From: Dudresnaya verticillata
Lineage: Eukaryota
Reading direction: 5' to 3'
Assembly (NCBI GenBank): GCA_977862235.1
Contig: OZ374563.1
Coordinates: 2,418,001 to 2,482,000 of the forward strand
DNA length: 64,000 bases
Shown here: positions 11,095 to 22,443 of the stretch, one piece after another
Numbering within the stretch: position 1 is the stretch's first letter
Layout: every line of letters starts with the position of its first letter
Translations under genes and position numbers: made by a program
The notes under the pieces: model-generated
Seen by the model: the letters and a program-made list of their open reading frames with translations, nothing else
Told to the model about the DNA's origin: nothing
Database searches by the model: none

Positions 11095-14000
11095 TTAACA
11101 GCGGTCGATTGAGATGCCCATCATACTTGTGAACCTTGTATGTTTGAACTTCTGCAAGGCCTTGGTCATAACGTCTGCCACCATATTCTCGGTTGAGATG
11201 TACTGTAGTTCGATAGACGCTTTCTGGATGTGGTCACGAATGAAATGGTACTTGACATCGATGTGTTTCGTGCGTTCGTTGGAGACACTGTTCTTTGCGA
11301 GCGCCATCGAACCTTGATTGTCTGTGTATAATGTGACAGTCTTGTTGGCATCTGCGCGAAACTCCTTGTTCAGTCGTTGAAGCCATAAAGCCTCACGAAC
11401 GGCAAATGAAGTTGCAACATATTCGGCTTAAACACTTGACTGTGCTACTATACTTTGTTTCTTGCTACGCCATGAAATAGCCCCACCGCAACTCAGGAAA
11501 ACAAATCCGCTTGTTGATTTCCTCTCAATGCGATCTCCGGCAAAGTCAGAATCAGTAAATCCATGCAACCCTACGCAATCTTTGCTCCTTGATACAAAGG
11601 AGATACCATTCTCTTCTGTACAAATGGGAACCAGAAACGGTACCGATTCTGGTTCCCATTCCCCCTCATCGGTGACGTTTGGGGTTTCCAGAATTGTGCC
11701 AGGTGGCAATGGAGTAGTTGTAGACTTGGCATACTGTAATCCGAACTTAGAAACTATCTCGCGGATCATGTGTGGACTGGATACCTGAATGCAACGTAGA
11801 TCACGGTTACGATGAATGATGATACCTAAAAACTTCGTCACACTCTTCTCGACGCGGATATCTACCTTTTCGGCAATAGATGTAGTTATCTTGCGCATTA
11901 ATGAGAGGCTGGCACTGACGAGTAGCATATCATCTACGTAGACTAAAACAAACAAACGGATAGAGTCGAGGATAAGGATGTAGAGGCTAGCGTCAGACTC
12001 AGACTGAAAGAAACCCAGGGTCTTAAGAAGTGTATCGATTGTTCGATGCCAGGCACGCGAGGCTTGCTTCAGACCGTAGAGCGCTTTCAGGAGGCGGTAG
12101 ACAAAATGACGTTTTTCATTGTTCACGAAACCCTCAGGTTGTTTCATGTAGATGACCTCGTCAAGGTCGCCGTTCAGAAACGCAGCCTTCACATCCAGTT
12201 GCATCATCTGTAAGTCCTCATCCGCTGCCAAGGAGAGAAGGAAACGGAGCGTGGAATATTTGGCTACAGGTGCAAATGTTTCTTCGTAGTCAATTCCATA
12301 CCGCTGTGAAAATCCTTTTGCTACGAGGCGTGCTCGATATCGAGATACCCGGTGGTCAGCGTCTCGCTTCTTGAAATAAACCCACCTGTTCTGGACGGCC
12401 TTGGCATCCGTCGGGAGAGGAACAAGCATCCATGTACTCTTACGCTCGATCTCAGCAATTTCTTCATTCATAGCCTGAACCCATTGATCCTTTTCAGGGC
12501 CGCCTACGGCCTCTTTGTATGTGGTCGGAACCTCGGCTGATTCATTTCCCATTCGTACGTTAAGTGCAATTGATGCGATGTCACCGTATCGCGCTGGAGT
12601 TGTCGACGCACGATTAGAGCGACGCAATTGCGGGAAGTGGGTAAGTTCTTCAGTATTAACGGAACTAGGGGAGTTGCTGTCCCTATCCTCTTCGTCTTCG
12701 TGATCGGACTGGAGTTCTCCTTCTTCGTCATCGGAGTCGTCCGCGAGATCTGGGAGAGAATTGTTATCATCCTCCGGGTCAGGTAGTTCCATAAAGTTAT
12801 GTTTGGTTTCCTCTTCTGGCTCTGACACAGCGTCAAGACCTGTGTAGGTCTCATCGCAGCTGACATCTCGGGAAGTAACAACTTTGCCATCGGTAACGAA
12901 GTAGACTTTGTAACTGTTGCCTCTTTCATAACCAACCAGGAGGCCTACCTTGGCCCGTGGTTCGAATTTGCTTTTCCTGGTTGCTTTGGGAATATGGACA
13001 TACGCTCGGCAGCCAAACTTGCGGATGTGGGCTAGATTTGGCTTCTTGCCCATAATAACTTCGTACGGGGTCTGGTTGGACGAATTGCATGAACGGGTAT
13101 ACAGCCGGTTTCGAAGGTAGTTAGCTGTGTTTACAGCTTCAGCCCACAGTGATTCATGGTCAGGAATGTCTGAAACAGCCATGAGCATTGTTCGAGCCAT
13201 GTCTAGCAGGGTACGGTTGAGTCGTTCGGCCTTTCCGTTAGACTCCGGAGAGTACGAAGAGGTTAATTCGTGAACTGTACCTCGATTAGAGAGCCATTTC
13301 TTGAACTTGTTGGAGAGGAATTCCCCGCCATTATCAGTACGCATCCTCTTGACACGTACAAATTCGGGGTCGTAAGCGTCTGCAGTTACACGACGGGCTA
13401 TTAGTCGTTTGACCTTAGAGCCGAATACAGTTTCCAATTCCACTAGCATCTCTTTTAGTGCTTTGCTGGCATCTCCCTTCCCGGAGATGAAACGTACGAG
13501 AGACAAGGAACTGTGGTCATCGAGTAGAGTCACGAAATGCCGTGCACCCTTGATGGATCGGCGACGAGAGGGGCCAACTAAATCAGAGTGGACAAGATGT
13601 AACGGTTGTGTAGACTTCTGTTCTTCATCGGTGGCCTCAAAACGTACTTTGCGAGTCGACTTTCCCTTGAGACAGCTATCGCACTTTGATGGAAACTTGC
13701 ACTGAGATATGTCAAGACCATTGACTAGTGGAAGGGAATGCTGAATTGTTTCAGGACTAACGTGTCCCAGCCGTTCATGCCATAGCTTCTGTTTGGCTTC
13801 GACGGAAATGGCAGCAGTGTGAGTGTCAGCTTCCACTTGTGTTGGATTCATGGTGACTCGATACAGTCCGTCCTCGTGTTCGAGACCTTGAAGAATAACA
13901 TCATTGCTACGGGATCCTGATACAGTACAGATTCCTTGGCCGTTGGTATCTGTCTCGAAGATAACGCGATGTCCCTGCTTGCGAAGACGACTAACTGAGA

Positions 14001-15120
14001 TCAGGTTGCACATCAGTCCTGGAACATGTAGGACATTGGTCATTCGGATGTTGACATCACGGTCGCCGACTTTCGCGACACACAACAAGTCACCAATGGC
14101 AACAACTGGAGATTGGTTGCCGTTCCCTACCATTACAGATGATGGGCTTTGACTGATATTCTGGGTAAGGAAGTGCTCTGAGTTGTTCGTCATATGCGAG
14201 GAACAACCAGAATCAATATACCATTCATAAGGTGGCGAGGCAAGGACAGTAGTGTTAGCGGTTGCACATTTTGAGATGAACGTGATGTAATTTGACCCAC
14301 TAGTAGCGGTGTTAGCATAATTTGCTGCTTCTGTCTCCTTCTGGTTCGAGCGCGGGTCGCGGAAGCTGCCTTGTGGTTTTCCATTTGCAGCACGAGGTCG
14401 ATAGCGAGGGCTCTCTGGATTATCAAAACAGTCGGGCTTGATATGACCGAGTCGTCCACAGTAGTGGCATTTCTTCTTTCTGTTTTGTGTTGCTGCTAAT
14501 GCAGTAGAACTTTCTCCATTTGCCGTGCTAACGTCGTCTTGCAAAATGTTGATTTCCTCAAGGACGAGTTGCGATATACATTCTTCATACTTTGTGCCTG
14601 AGATCAACATTACTTTCTTCACAACATGATACTCCTCTCTAAGTCCTCGTAGTAAGGCCCTTTTGCGATCTCGCTCAGATATTGAATGTCCAACTGATGT
14701 TAACTTTTGCTCCAGGTTAGTCAACCGATTTACGTAGCTCATAATATTCTCCGTCGGTAGCATGGTAACTGTCTGGTACTGCGTCAGATAGGCATCAATT
14801 GATGCCTCCGAAATAACTTGAAACATAGACTCAAGAGTGTCCCAAACTTGCTTAGCGTCTCGTAAGCCAATAACACGGGCGCTAATTGAGTCGTCCACAG
14901 TGAGTAGTAAGTTTGTAAGAGCGACATCATGGCGACGTTGAAACTTTTCACCTTCATCGACGGAGGCACCTTCCGGTTTCTTCTCGGTGCCTGACACGAT
15001 TCCCCAGAGCCCCTTGGCACGAAGTACTAACTCGATTTTACGAGACCATATGTAGTAGTTCTGGGATGTAAGCTTCTCAATACGATAGCGAGAGAGGTCT
15101 GTCCCACTTTCAGAATCCAT
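11095..15120 (-). pseudogene. Copia gag-pol polyprotein with a nonsense codon in RNase H and a deletion at the RT C-terminus
   Basis: CHYCGRLGHIKPDC knuckle, WYIDSGCSSHM protease, WHERLGH..CDSC, RTDNGGEF and NGKAER integrase, YVDD RT, FTDSDFAGD RNase H. TAA at 11428-11430 in SSV*AEY; the frame resumes through RTKHIDVKYHF to 11095. Confidence 0.93.
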
Positions 15121-15213
15121 GTTGTGGGAAGACTGACGAAAAAACGAAACGACGAGTTGCTACGAAACGATAGACGGGACGTCAAGCGCAGATAGACTTG
15201 CGCGTACTAGAAC

Positions 15214-15222
15214 CCCATAACC
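15214..15222 (-). other. Copia primer-binding site, half-tRNAiMet type
   Basis: GGTTATGGG directly after the 5' LTR, complementary to the anticodon stem-loop of initiator tRNA-Met as in copia/Ty5. Confidence 0.7.
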
Positions 15223-15492
15223 TGTTAGATTTGTGTGTTGATGTGCCAACCAGTCTGGGCTACTCCCTGTTTATGGCTGGTCTTTATACGGTAAGCAAAG
15301 TCCTACTACTACATTTTCGAACCTTTGCTTGCACGGCAGGAGAGTCCTCTCCGGGTGATAATTCCGGGGGAGTCTCCTGAAGAGCAGGGCCGGAGAGTTT
15401 CTGCACTTCTGTCATTGTCAGGTAAACTGCATTGTTGTGGTGCATGTTGACCGTGATAAGTTCGTGTCACATTGAACATCATTGTGCCAACA
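15223..15492 (-). repeat. Copia 5' LTR
   Basis: Direct repeat of 10812-11081; PBS adjacent. Confidence 0.97.
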
Positions 15493-15780
15493 AGGAAAAC
15501 TGAGGTTTCGAGGACAGCTGGAGGAGATCCAGTTTCGTCCAGGAAATAGCATCTCTTTTCATTTCAAAAGGTCTTGAAACTTGACGAAAATGGCATGATC
15601 GAATAAGAAGCGATGATACTTGTAAATAGATAGGGGACCTTTATCAGAGCAGTAGGAAGCAGACATCCCAAACAGGCCTTTACAAATCACATCTCATCTT
15701 CGATGCATTGATGCTTACAAAGCACAAAGCTTACCTCGACCATCACTCGACGACTTGTAGCTGCGAAAAAGGTCCTGCGC

Positions 15781-16578
15781 TCACTCTTCGCCCTTAGATT
15801 TGTCTCGCACATCATGCCCGCCAAAGCAGCCAACTTCATCTATAAGGCATTTGCCCGCTCCGTCTATGAACATGGATTCCCTCTTGTCCCGTACACCCCG
15901 GGGCTCCTGCAGGCCATCGACAACCTCAACAGGGACTTCTTCCGTGCCATCGTCGCCCAGCGCTCCCGGCGCATGACAAGGGTACGTCTTTGCAAGCTGA
16001 CAGCCCTTTTCCGCATTGAACCCCCTCAACTCCGTCAACAGGCCCTCCAACAGATTCTGGTGGCATCCCCCCGACTTCCAGCGATCTCCTCTTCCCCAGC
16101 ATCATGGCACGCGCAACAATCCCTACTCGCTCTACCTCTTTCCCACTGCCCGTCACTGCGCAGCATGTCCGCACCCACTGCTACCCTCCACTATCGCCGC
16201 CAACATCATCGCTGAATGGAGGTCTTGTCTGTCGGGCTGCCGCCCTGCACCGTCCATGCACGTCACCGCTACCTCGCTGCTCTCCTGCTCCCCGACAAAC
16301 AGGGTCGTCCCCTTGCCATCCGGTGGCCCATACCTCCAAAATTCCAACGGAAACGCGCAGCCCTCCGAACGCACGCCCGTGCATCGGTAACCCTCTCCAC
16401 CCCCGAACCCACCGCTGCCGACTTAGATCAAGTTTGCCACACCCTCGCAGCAATCCGAAACCTATGCGCTACAGATTTTCCCTCAACTGCTCCCCGCCCC
16501 ACCCCCACACCCACCACCCCCTCCTCTAGCCCCGTACCACTGGCCCTCCTTTGGCTCGATGTTCCAGTGCGCTTGTAA
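15781..16578 (+). pseudogene. 5'-truncated non-LTR retrotransposon (LINE) RT C-terminal remnant
   Basis: IYKAFARSVYEHG resembles the post-RT LY..xRxxLEYG motif of LINE ORF2; the frame is broken near 16215. Confidence 0.4.
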
Positions 16579-16775
16579 TTGGGCCTATGTTGCCCGCGTA
16601 AGCTCACCTTAAACTTTGAGTAAAGATTACCATCACAAAGGCCCCAGGTAACGTCAAGTACTTCAAGGTTCACAGCGATTGACATTACGCAGGGTCTGTA
16701 CTATCGATACGAATGCATCCGGAATCGAGAACGGAACAAAAGTGAGCTCATTGAATTGTGGCAGTCATGCTAAGA

Positions 16776-18446
16776 TCAGAACCTAATCGATACTTCGAAC
16801 GAAAGTCCGCACCCCACCCGATGAGATCCCAACCACTTCTGTATCTCGTCTGGTAACATAACTGGAAAGAAAAACTCTTCTTTGCCGTTCAGAAGGGTAC
16901 GGTAACGTGTTATAAGATCGATCTTACGGAAACACTTTTCGTGCTTCGCATCACATGCAGTACCACGAAGTTCTCGTACATGTATGCACATGCGTATCTC
17001 CTTATCGGCAGCATACTCCTGTGCTATCCGACGTCGAAGGTCTTTGTCCATCTCTATCTTCACGGCTAATTCCAACGGGCTAGGAATTGGAACAAGGTTT
17101 GCATTATCGAGATTTGCAATTGCTGAGCGAAACCACAGAACCCCTAAGCGAATGGTGTGGCCTCCAATTTTCTCTCTTTCTGCCCTGTACTTCTCGACTC
17201 GAGATCCTATAATGGGGACCCCGTTAGCTTCTTGAAAACCAAATATATGACCAAGCGATGGATCTAAGTCCGCATGAAGGTCGCCGTAGTCCCACTTGAT
17301 CTGGAGCTGGTTGGATACATCTTTGACCAAAGACAGCGTCAGGATTCGCCATGCGGACCTTGGCCACTTTGAAGCGAAGCTGGAGCCAATTGCCTGTGAA
17401 AAACCAATTGTATTGTGATCCAGCTTCCGAATCGCAGACAATGATTCAGCCTCTGGCAGCTTATCCGCTAGATGATCTAGAACCACTTGCAGAAGAATAG
17501 CAGAGTGGTCGCCATCGGAGAGATTGTTAATCCTTGCAAATGCCAATGGTAATATCTGTTGGAATTGAAGCACATTCCAGATGCAATTCGACCCAAGTCT
17601 CCAGTACGCAGGTGGAAGGTGCCTGCCTTCGCTTTTCCAGTTCTCAAGAAAGGTTTGACACTCTCTCTTCAAGCTTCCGTTACCTCCAATGTCGCGTTGA
17701 GTCGAATGCGCAGAATGAGCGGCGTCTTCACTAGTACTCTGGTTGGACCTAGTATCCTGGTTGGACAAAACGCAAGCTTGTTCCGCTGTCCTCCTCGTGC
17801 TGCGTGTCTGGGAGCCTGATGCGGTCGGATTATAGCATCTGCGGATCATCTCTGCTTCAAGCGAGTAGAATTCCTTTGCAAGCTGAGTAGTGATGAAGTC
17901 TTGAAACGGGTTGGAGACCCGAATGAAATTCATAATGGGTAGATACTTCTCAAGGAGCGGTATCAGAGTAATTCCCTGCGTGATCGATGCGAACTTCTCC
18001 ACGAGAAACCACGCTTGAAATAACACTTCTATTCCCCATCGGTTCATAGTGAAGGGCAAGCTTCTCGTGAACGAATCCGTGTGGATTGTCTCACAGTACA
18101 GAACCTTTCTGATAATCGAAAACTCTTCAAAGGATTCAGCAGCTAGGTGCAGGTGACTCTGGGTAGATTCCTTAAAAGGTCCACTCACTAGCGAAGCGAG
18201 GGGTCCTCCAGCAGCGAGAAGATGAGAGCGGTGGATCTTCAGGGTACAGTCTTCATCTTCTACCCTCTTCGTTTTCCCAGAGGTACTCTTGTCGACGAAC
18301 TCTCCAAAGGTGATCGTAATGATTGGCTCATTAACGGTCATACTACCCAGCCCATCACAGTACTTCTGTAAGATCTCTATTTGGGGACGCAGCACCTTGC
18401 AGTCGTTCTCTAAAATCCAGTCCTCAACGTGAACGGGGCAGTTCAT
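16776..18446 (-). CDS. BTB/POZ-domain protein, 556 aa
   Basis: LKIHRSHLLAAGGPLASLVSGPFKES..HL..ESFEEFSIIRKVLYC matches the BTB core (HR.vL...S..F..mf...f.Es). Single long ORF. Confidence 0.75.
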   Translation of the reverse strand: MNCPVHVEDWILENDCKVLRPQIEILQKYCDGLGSMTVNEPIITITFGEFVDKSTSGKTKRVEDEDCTLKIHRSHLLAAGGPLASLVSGPFKESTQSHLHLAAESFEEFSIIRKVLYCETIHTDSFTRSLPFTMNRWGIEVLFQAWFLVEKFASITQGITLIPLLEKYLPIMNFIRVSNPFQDFITTQLAKEFYSLEAEMIRRCYNPTASGSQTRSTRRTAEQACVLSNQDTRSNQSTSEDAAHSAHSTQRDIGGNGSLKRECQTFLENWKSEGRHLPPAYWRLGSNCIWNVLQFQQILPLAFARINNLSDGDHSAILLQVVLDHLADKLPEAESLSAIRKLDHNTIGFSQAIGSSFASKWPRSAWRILTLSLVKDVSNQLQIKWDYGDLHADLDPSLGHIFGFQEANGVPIIGSRVEKYRAEREKIGGHTIRLGVLWFRSAIANLDNANLVPIPSPLELAVKIEMDKDLRRRIAQEYAADKEIRMCIHVRELRGTACDAKHEKCFRKIDLITRYRTLLNGKEEFFFPVMLPDEIQKWLGSHRVGCGLSFEVSIRF

Positions 18447-19937
18447 AATGAAAGCCTACAGCTTGGCTATTACAAAAGACACTTAGCGGGGTCCTGAAAA
18501 CACACGCCTTGGAAGGCCGAGAGAAGTGCGATGAATAGTAATCACAGGCGTAACTGGTTCTTGGAGGTTGTCGGAATACCTCGATCTTGGCAAAGAGTTC
18601 TGCAGATCTTTGTCGAAAAGCAATTGCCTTGTTCTCTACGAGATTTCGAAAAGTCGCGCCTCACCGTAGCGATGTCTGCTCTGGGTGCGAAGTAAGGTCT
18701 CCAGCCAAGTTTGGAGCCTTCCCGTGTAGAGAGGCTCTCGAAGATGAAACTCTAGCCGCCCGATCAGGAAGGCGCTTGCAACAGGCTCTGGAGAACTTGC
18801 AAATATTTGTTTCTTCTCGTCGAGAAACCTGGACAAATCCAGCGACATTACTTGATCTGTAATGTCTGCTCACGAATTACACCAAAAAAAGGGATTTTTT
18901 GGGTCAGCAGCACCCTCGGCAGCCGTTGCTCTGTGGGGTGCCCGGCCGCGCTGCCATGGGGCACGCGGCTACATCCTTGACGACATTTATGGAAACAACT
19001 GACCAGTTTGATTTTTGCTTGATTTTAGGCAGGAAGAACATCTTCTTGCCGGCAGCGACCGAGCTTTGCCACACATGGCCCGTCCAACTGGGACACTCCG
19101 GTCCCAAGCCGCTGGGAGAGCTGCTGCTGCGTCTTGCATCTGCACACGGGCAGCGAAGGCCCGGTCACGTTGACAAGTGGATCGGCGCGCATCACTCCCA
19201 CGATGGTGTCGCAACGGCATACTGGTAGTAGCGCATTGCTGAAAGAGTATTTCAGACCGACCAACTTCAGTAACACAACAATCTGGCCAAGCAACATTTC
19301 GTTCTAAATCTTTCCCTTCCCTTCTCTGTTTTGATTCTTTGTCTTATACACTCTTTCGTCCTTTTGTTGAAGTCGAACACAGCGGTAATGGCATTTAAAT
19401 ATTTGTTGAACAGTTTTCGTAGATTATGGAAATGCGTGAACGATTTGGAGCAATTACGTGTACTCTTGGTGTCCAAAAAAACACGAATGTACGTCGATAA
19501 TATTTCTCTCTAGTCAGTTTAGACCAACAGGAGTGCCAAGGTGTCGAAGCAAATATTCCAGAAAAAGGATTCTGAATAGACGAAAAAGGAGTTAAAACTG
19601 CGGTTGTGAAGGTGCCCAATTATATTACTGTGAAACCCATAAACTTCTGTAACGGACAGATGGCCAAACTTCCCATCACGGAACGTGGATGTGGTGTAGT
19701 GTGGTACAATGAGCCGCCAGGAGCTGTAAGCACGTACACGTGTTTTGCGCCTGTAATGCGCGGGTAATATTGCACGTGGCGTGCGCCTGTAATGCGCCGC
19801 ACATACTGACGCACTGTAAGGCCCAGTGCATTGCTGACCACTCCATATGGCATTGCTGGGAACAGCACGGCGCCAATGAGATGGCTTCCCGAGATTGGCT
19901 GGTTTATCATGGCCTTACGCGCAGGAGTGCGCCCGAG

Positions 19938-20735
19938 TGTAGCAGTATGGCACCGGCCAGAAACAGCAAAGAACAAGAAAAGACAGCTGTCCGATGTCAC
20001 ACGCTAATGTGTGGTAGCTCGAAGAAGGTTTGGTAGAGGCTTGGAAAGAGGCGGGCCCTGATGACCCGAAAGGGGGGCTGCGGAAGCACAAAGACTCGGC
20101 GCGACCGACTGAAGGAAGGTATAGAGGTTGCAACCCGGTATTTCGTAGAGTACTTGCCGTACGATGTCCGGGCGTGTACTGGGCGACCCCTGCAGGCGCG
20201 GAGCGCCCCAGCGACCAAAAGGTGGAAACTTCCCGAACAACTCCGCTGAGTGTTTATTCTGAGGGCGCCGGCTATTCTGGCGCCCATAAGTAGGGATTGA
20301 TAGCCGAAAACTCTATCAGACCAAAAGGGGGTATAATTAGTCTATGATTATAGATACAAAGATTAGTACAATCAGTACAATGTAAATAGGGGAATGCGTT
20401 CCAGTTCGAGGACTTGGTGGCGGATGCGCCGGTGTTCAGACTAGTGTCTCGGCTGCATTGTCGATACCCTGAGCGCAGAGGTGCTCCTCGTTTGTGAGTA
20501 GGAGCGCAGCGGCGCGTCATAAATCAGCCAATACGAGGCGTCCAAGTGGCGCCATTACACTGCCACGTGTACGCCACGTGTACAGCTGTAGGGCCAGGTG
20601 TACACACGTGTATCCCACGTGTCATCCACGTGTACAGCGATGAAAAGACAGCTGTCCTGATTAATGGACAGTCTGTCCCGCGAAAAGAAGTGCGCTCCTG
20701 TAAGCCCTTCTGCTCACAGCGTCCATACTGCCACT
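19938..20735 (-). mobile_element. Solo LTR (family B) nested in the 5' LTR of element 1
   Basis: TSD CCGAG at 19933-19937 and 20736-20740. Ends TGTAGCAGTATGG...CCATACTGCCACT. Homologous to 53790-54123. Confidence 0.88.
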
Positions 20736-21135
20736 CCGAGTCATGAATATCTGACGTGCGCAGGGCGGAGTACGACCGCTCACTACCCCATTGTAATTAT
20801 TAACGCTAACTACGATAGCTTAGAATAGGAATGGCGCCGAAGGCGCTTTCGGCCTTCGCCATATTTATTGCGCCCCTGGCTAGCAGCGGTCTGCTGAATA
20901 GAACCGTACGATGGGTTTAGGGTCTGTACCCTTTCTTTGGTCTACACGGGCTCACCGTACTCCCCCTTCCAGGTGCTTTACAAGCTTTAACCTCGTACGG
21001 CTTCGTTCTCTACGAGTGTTAGGGTGGCGCCGCCCCCTTTTCCCTTTCTTTCAGGAACGCTACCCTTTTCCCCTTTTCCCTCAAGTCTCTACCAACTCCC
21101 CATTGAGCTACCCTCGTTATAACTAGGGTGTGTGC

Positions 21136-21757
21136 TGTAGTAGAATGGTCCTCGGCCAGGTAGTCCGAGATAAAACAGCGCCACAGCTGTCCTGGGGACA
21201 AACACTCACGGTGGGCGGTACTTGAAAGGAAAAGGGAAAAGGTGTGTGGTAGAGCCTTGTAGTGGGTGAATACTCAGGAACAAAGGAAATGGAAGACGAA
21301 CGCTACAGCGTAGAGCAATCTTCGTACACGATAGGGCTTGTAGACGCCCAAGGAAAGGGAACAACGGTGGCACCGTAGGAAGGCCCGAAATGGGTACAGT
21401 CCAACGCACACACCGCTGCCGGTTTAGTGCGGGGGCCCCTGCTACTCAGGGGCCTAATAAATACGGCGGGAAGCCGGAAATACTACCCACTCTAAGTAAG
21501 AGTTATATTACTGACAGTTACCTACTACTGTACACTAAAGGTGGATTACAATCAAATGATGGAAATGAGTGGTAGTACCGCTACGAGTTACAGGCGCGCT
21601 GCTGTCTGGCGCGCAATGCCAAAAATATGGGTGACCATGATTAATAAACCAATGGGACTCGGCCATCTCAACCATCGCACCCTCGAGCGCCTCACGCCTT
21701 ACAGGCGTCGTCTGTACATGTTTGTGCTTACAGCGCTCGGGCGCTCATTATTCCACA
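21136..21757 (-). mobile_element. Solo LTR (family C) nested in the 5' LTR of element 1
   Basis: TSD TGTGC at 21131-21135 and 21758-21762. TG...CA ends. Reverse-complement homologue of 58638-59301. Confidence 0.92.
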
Positions 21758-21826
21758 TGTGCACGCACGGGACAGCTGTCCTTGTCGTTTAGCGGGCCAC
21801 TGGCTCGTCGCGCCATACTACTACAG

Positions 21827-21847
21827 TGGTCTCCCGACCTAGAATCG
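21827..21847 (+). other. Primer-binding site, probably tRNA-Tyr
   Basis: TGGTCTCCCGACCTAGAATCG is complementary to a tRNA 3' end ...CGAUUCUAGGUCGGGAGACCA, implying C1:G72 and A73 as in eukaryotic tRNA-Tyr. Confidence 0.7.
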
Positions 21848-22443
21848 GTTCTGGGTCGGTTCCCCTTATTATTACCTCAGCGTCAGTCCATCGCTTTGGA
21901 ATTTTCAACGATCGAGTTTTCTCCTTGCAAGATCTCAAGGTTCGACTATCTGACGTTGAAACCCTAGTCGTCCGGGCGACGACGGTCCCTAAGCTTCATA
22001 TCAAGCGCTGGAGTCACCCCTACCGCCGTGGCGGTTTATTAAGTTCAACGAGCACACCCTAGTCGTGGATTGATGCCCCTTCCGGGAGAACCGCAACAGG
22101 TTATCGTAATACCTGTACAAAAAATACGTCCTTGTACGGGCTGTGCGGGCGCGCATTGCGGAAAGACCGCGTGGTCAGAATCGCCCGTAACCCCGAGAAC
22201 GACGTTTCTGAAGAAGATTGCCCACTTGGAAAACTTCCCGTCAGGCAACCACAGGACCGATATCCCTCGTTTAGGTCGACAAGACCGACCTGAACATGCC
22301 GACTTCCAACGGCGATACCACCCGACCGGGGTTAACCAGTCGATGGTGGAAGCCGTTCCGGCAGACTTTCCTCCTTAAGGACAATTGGGACGAGAACCCG
22401 TGCAGCCGTCGCCGCTCTTGCCCCAAATCCTTTAGTAGGAGAA

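Larger units (their letters stand above)
10812..15492 (-). mobile_element. Ty1/Copia LTR retrotransposon, full length, recent, internally defective
   Basis: 270-bp TG...CA LTRs at 10812-11081 and 15223-15492, identical by eye. TSD AGGAA at 10807-10811 and 15493-15497. PBS GGTTATGGG and PPT GAGGGGGAA on the minus strand. Domain order gag-PR-INT-RT-RH. Confidence 0.97.
19700..21825 (+). repeat. 5' LTR of Gypsy element 1 (~0.7 kb, interrupted by two solo LTRs)
   Basis: Host segments are 19700-19937, 20741-21135 and 21763-21825. Confidence 0.85.

Noticed and set aside
10021..15764. GCAGCTACAA/TTGTAGCTGC as TIRs of an element hosting the Copia
   Set aside because: Only 10 bp, with no TSD or transposase evidence.
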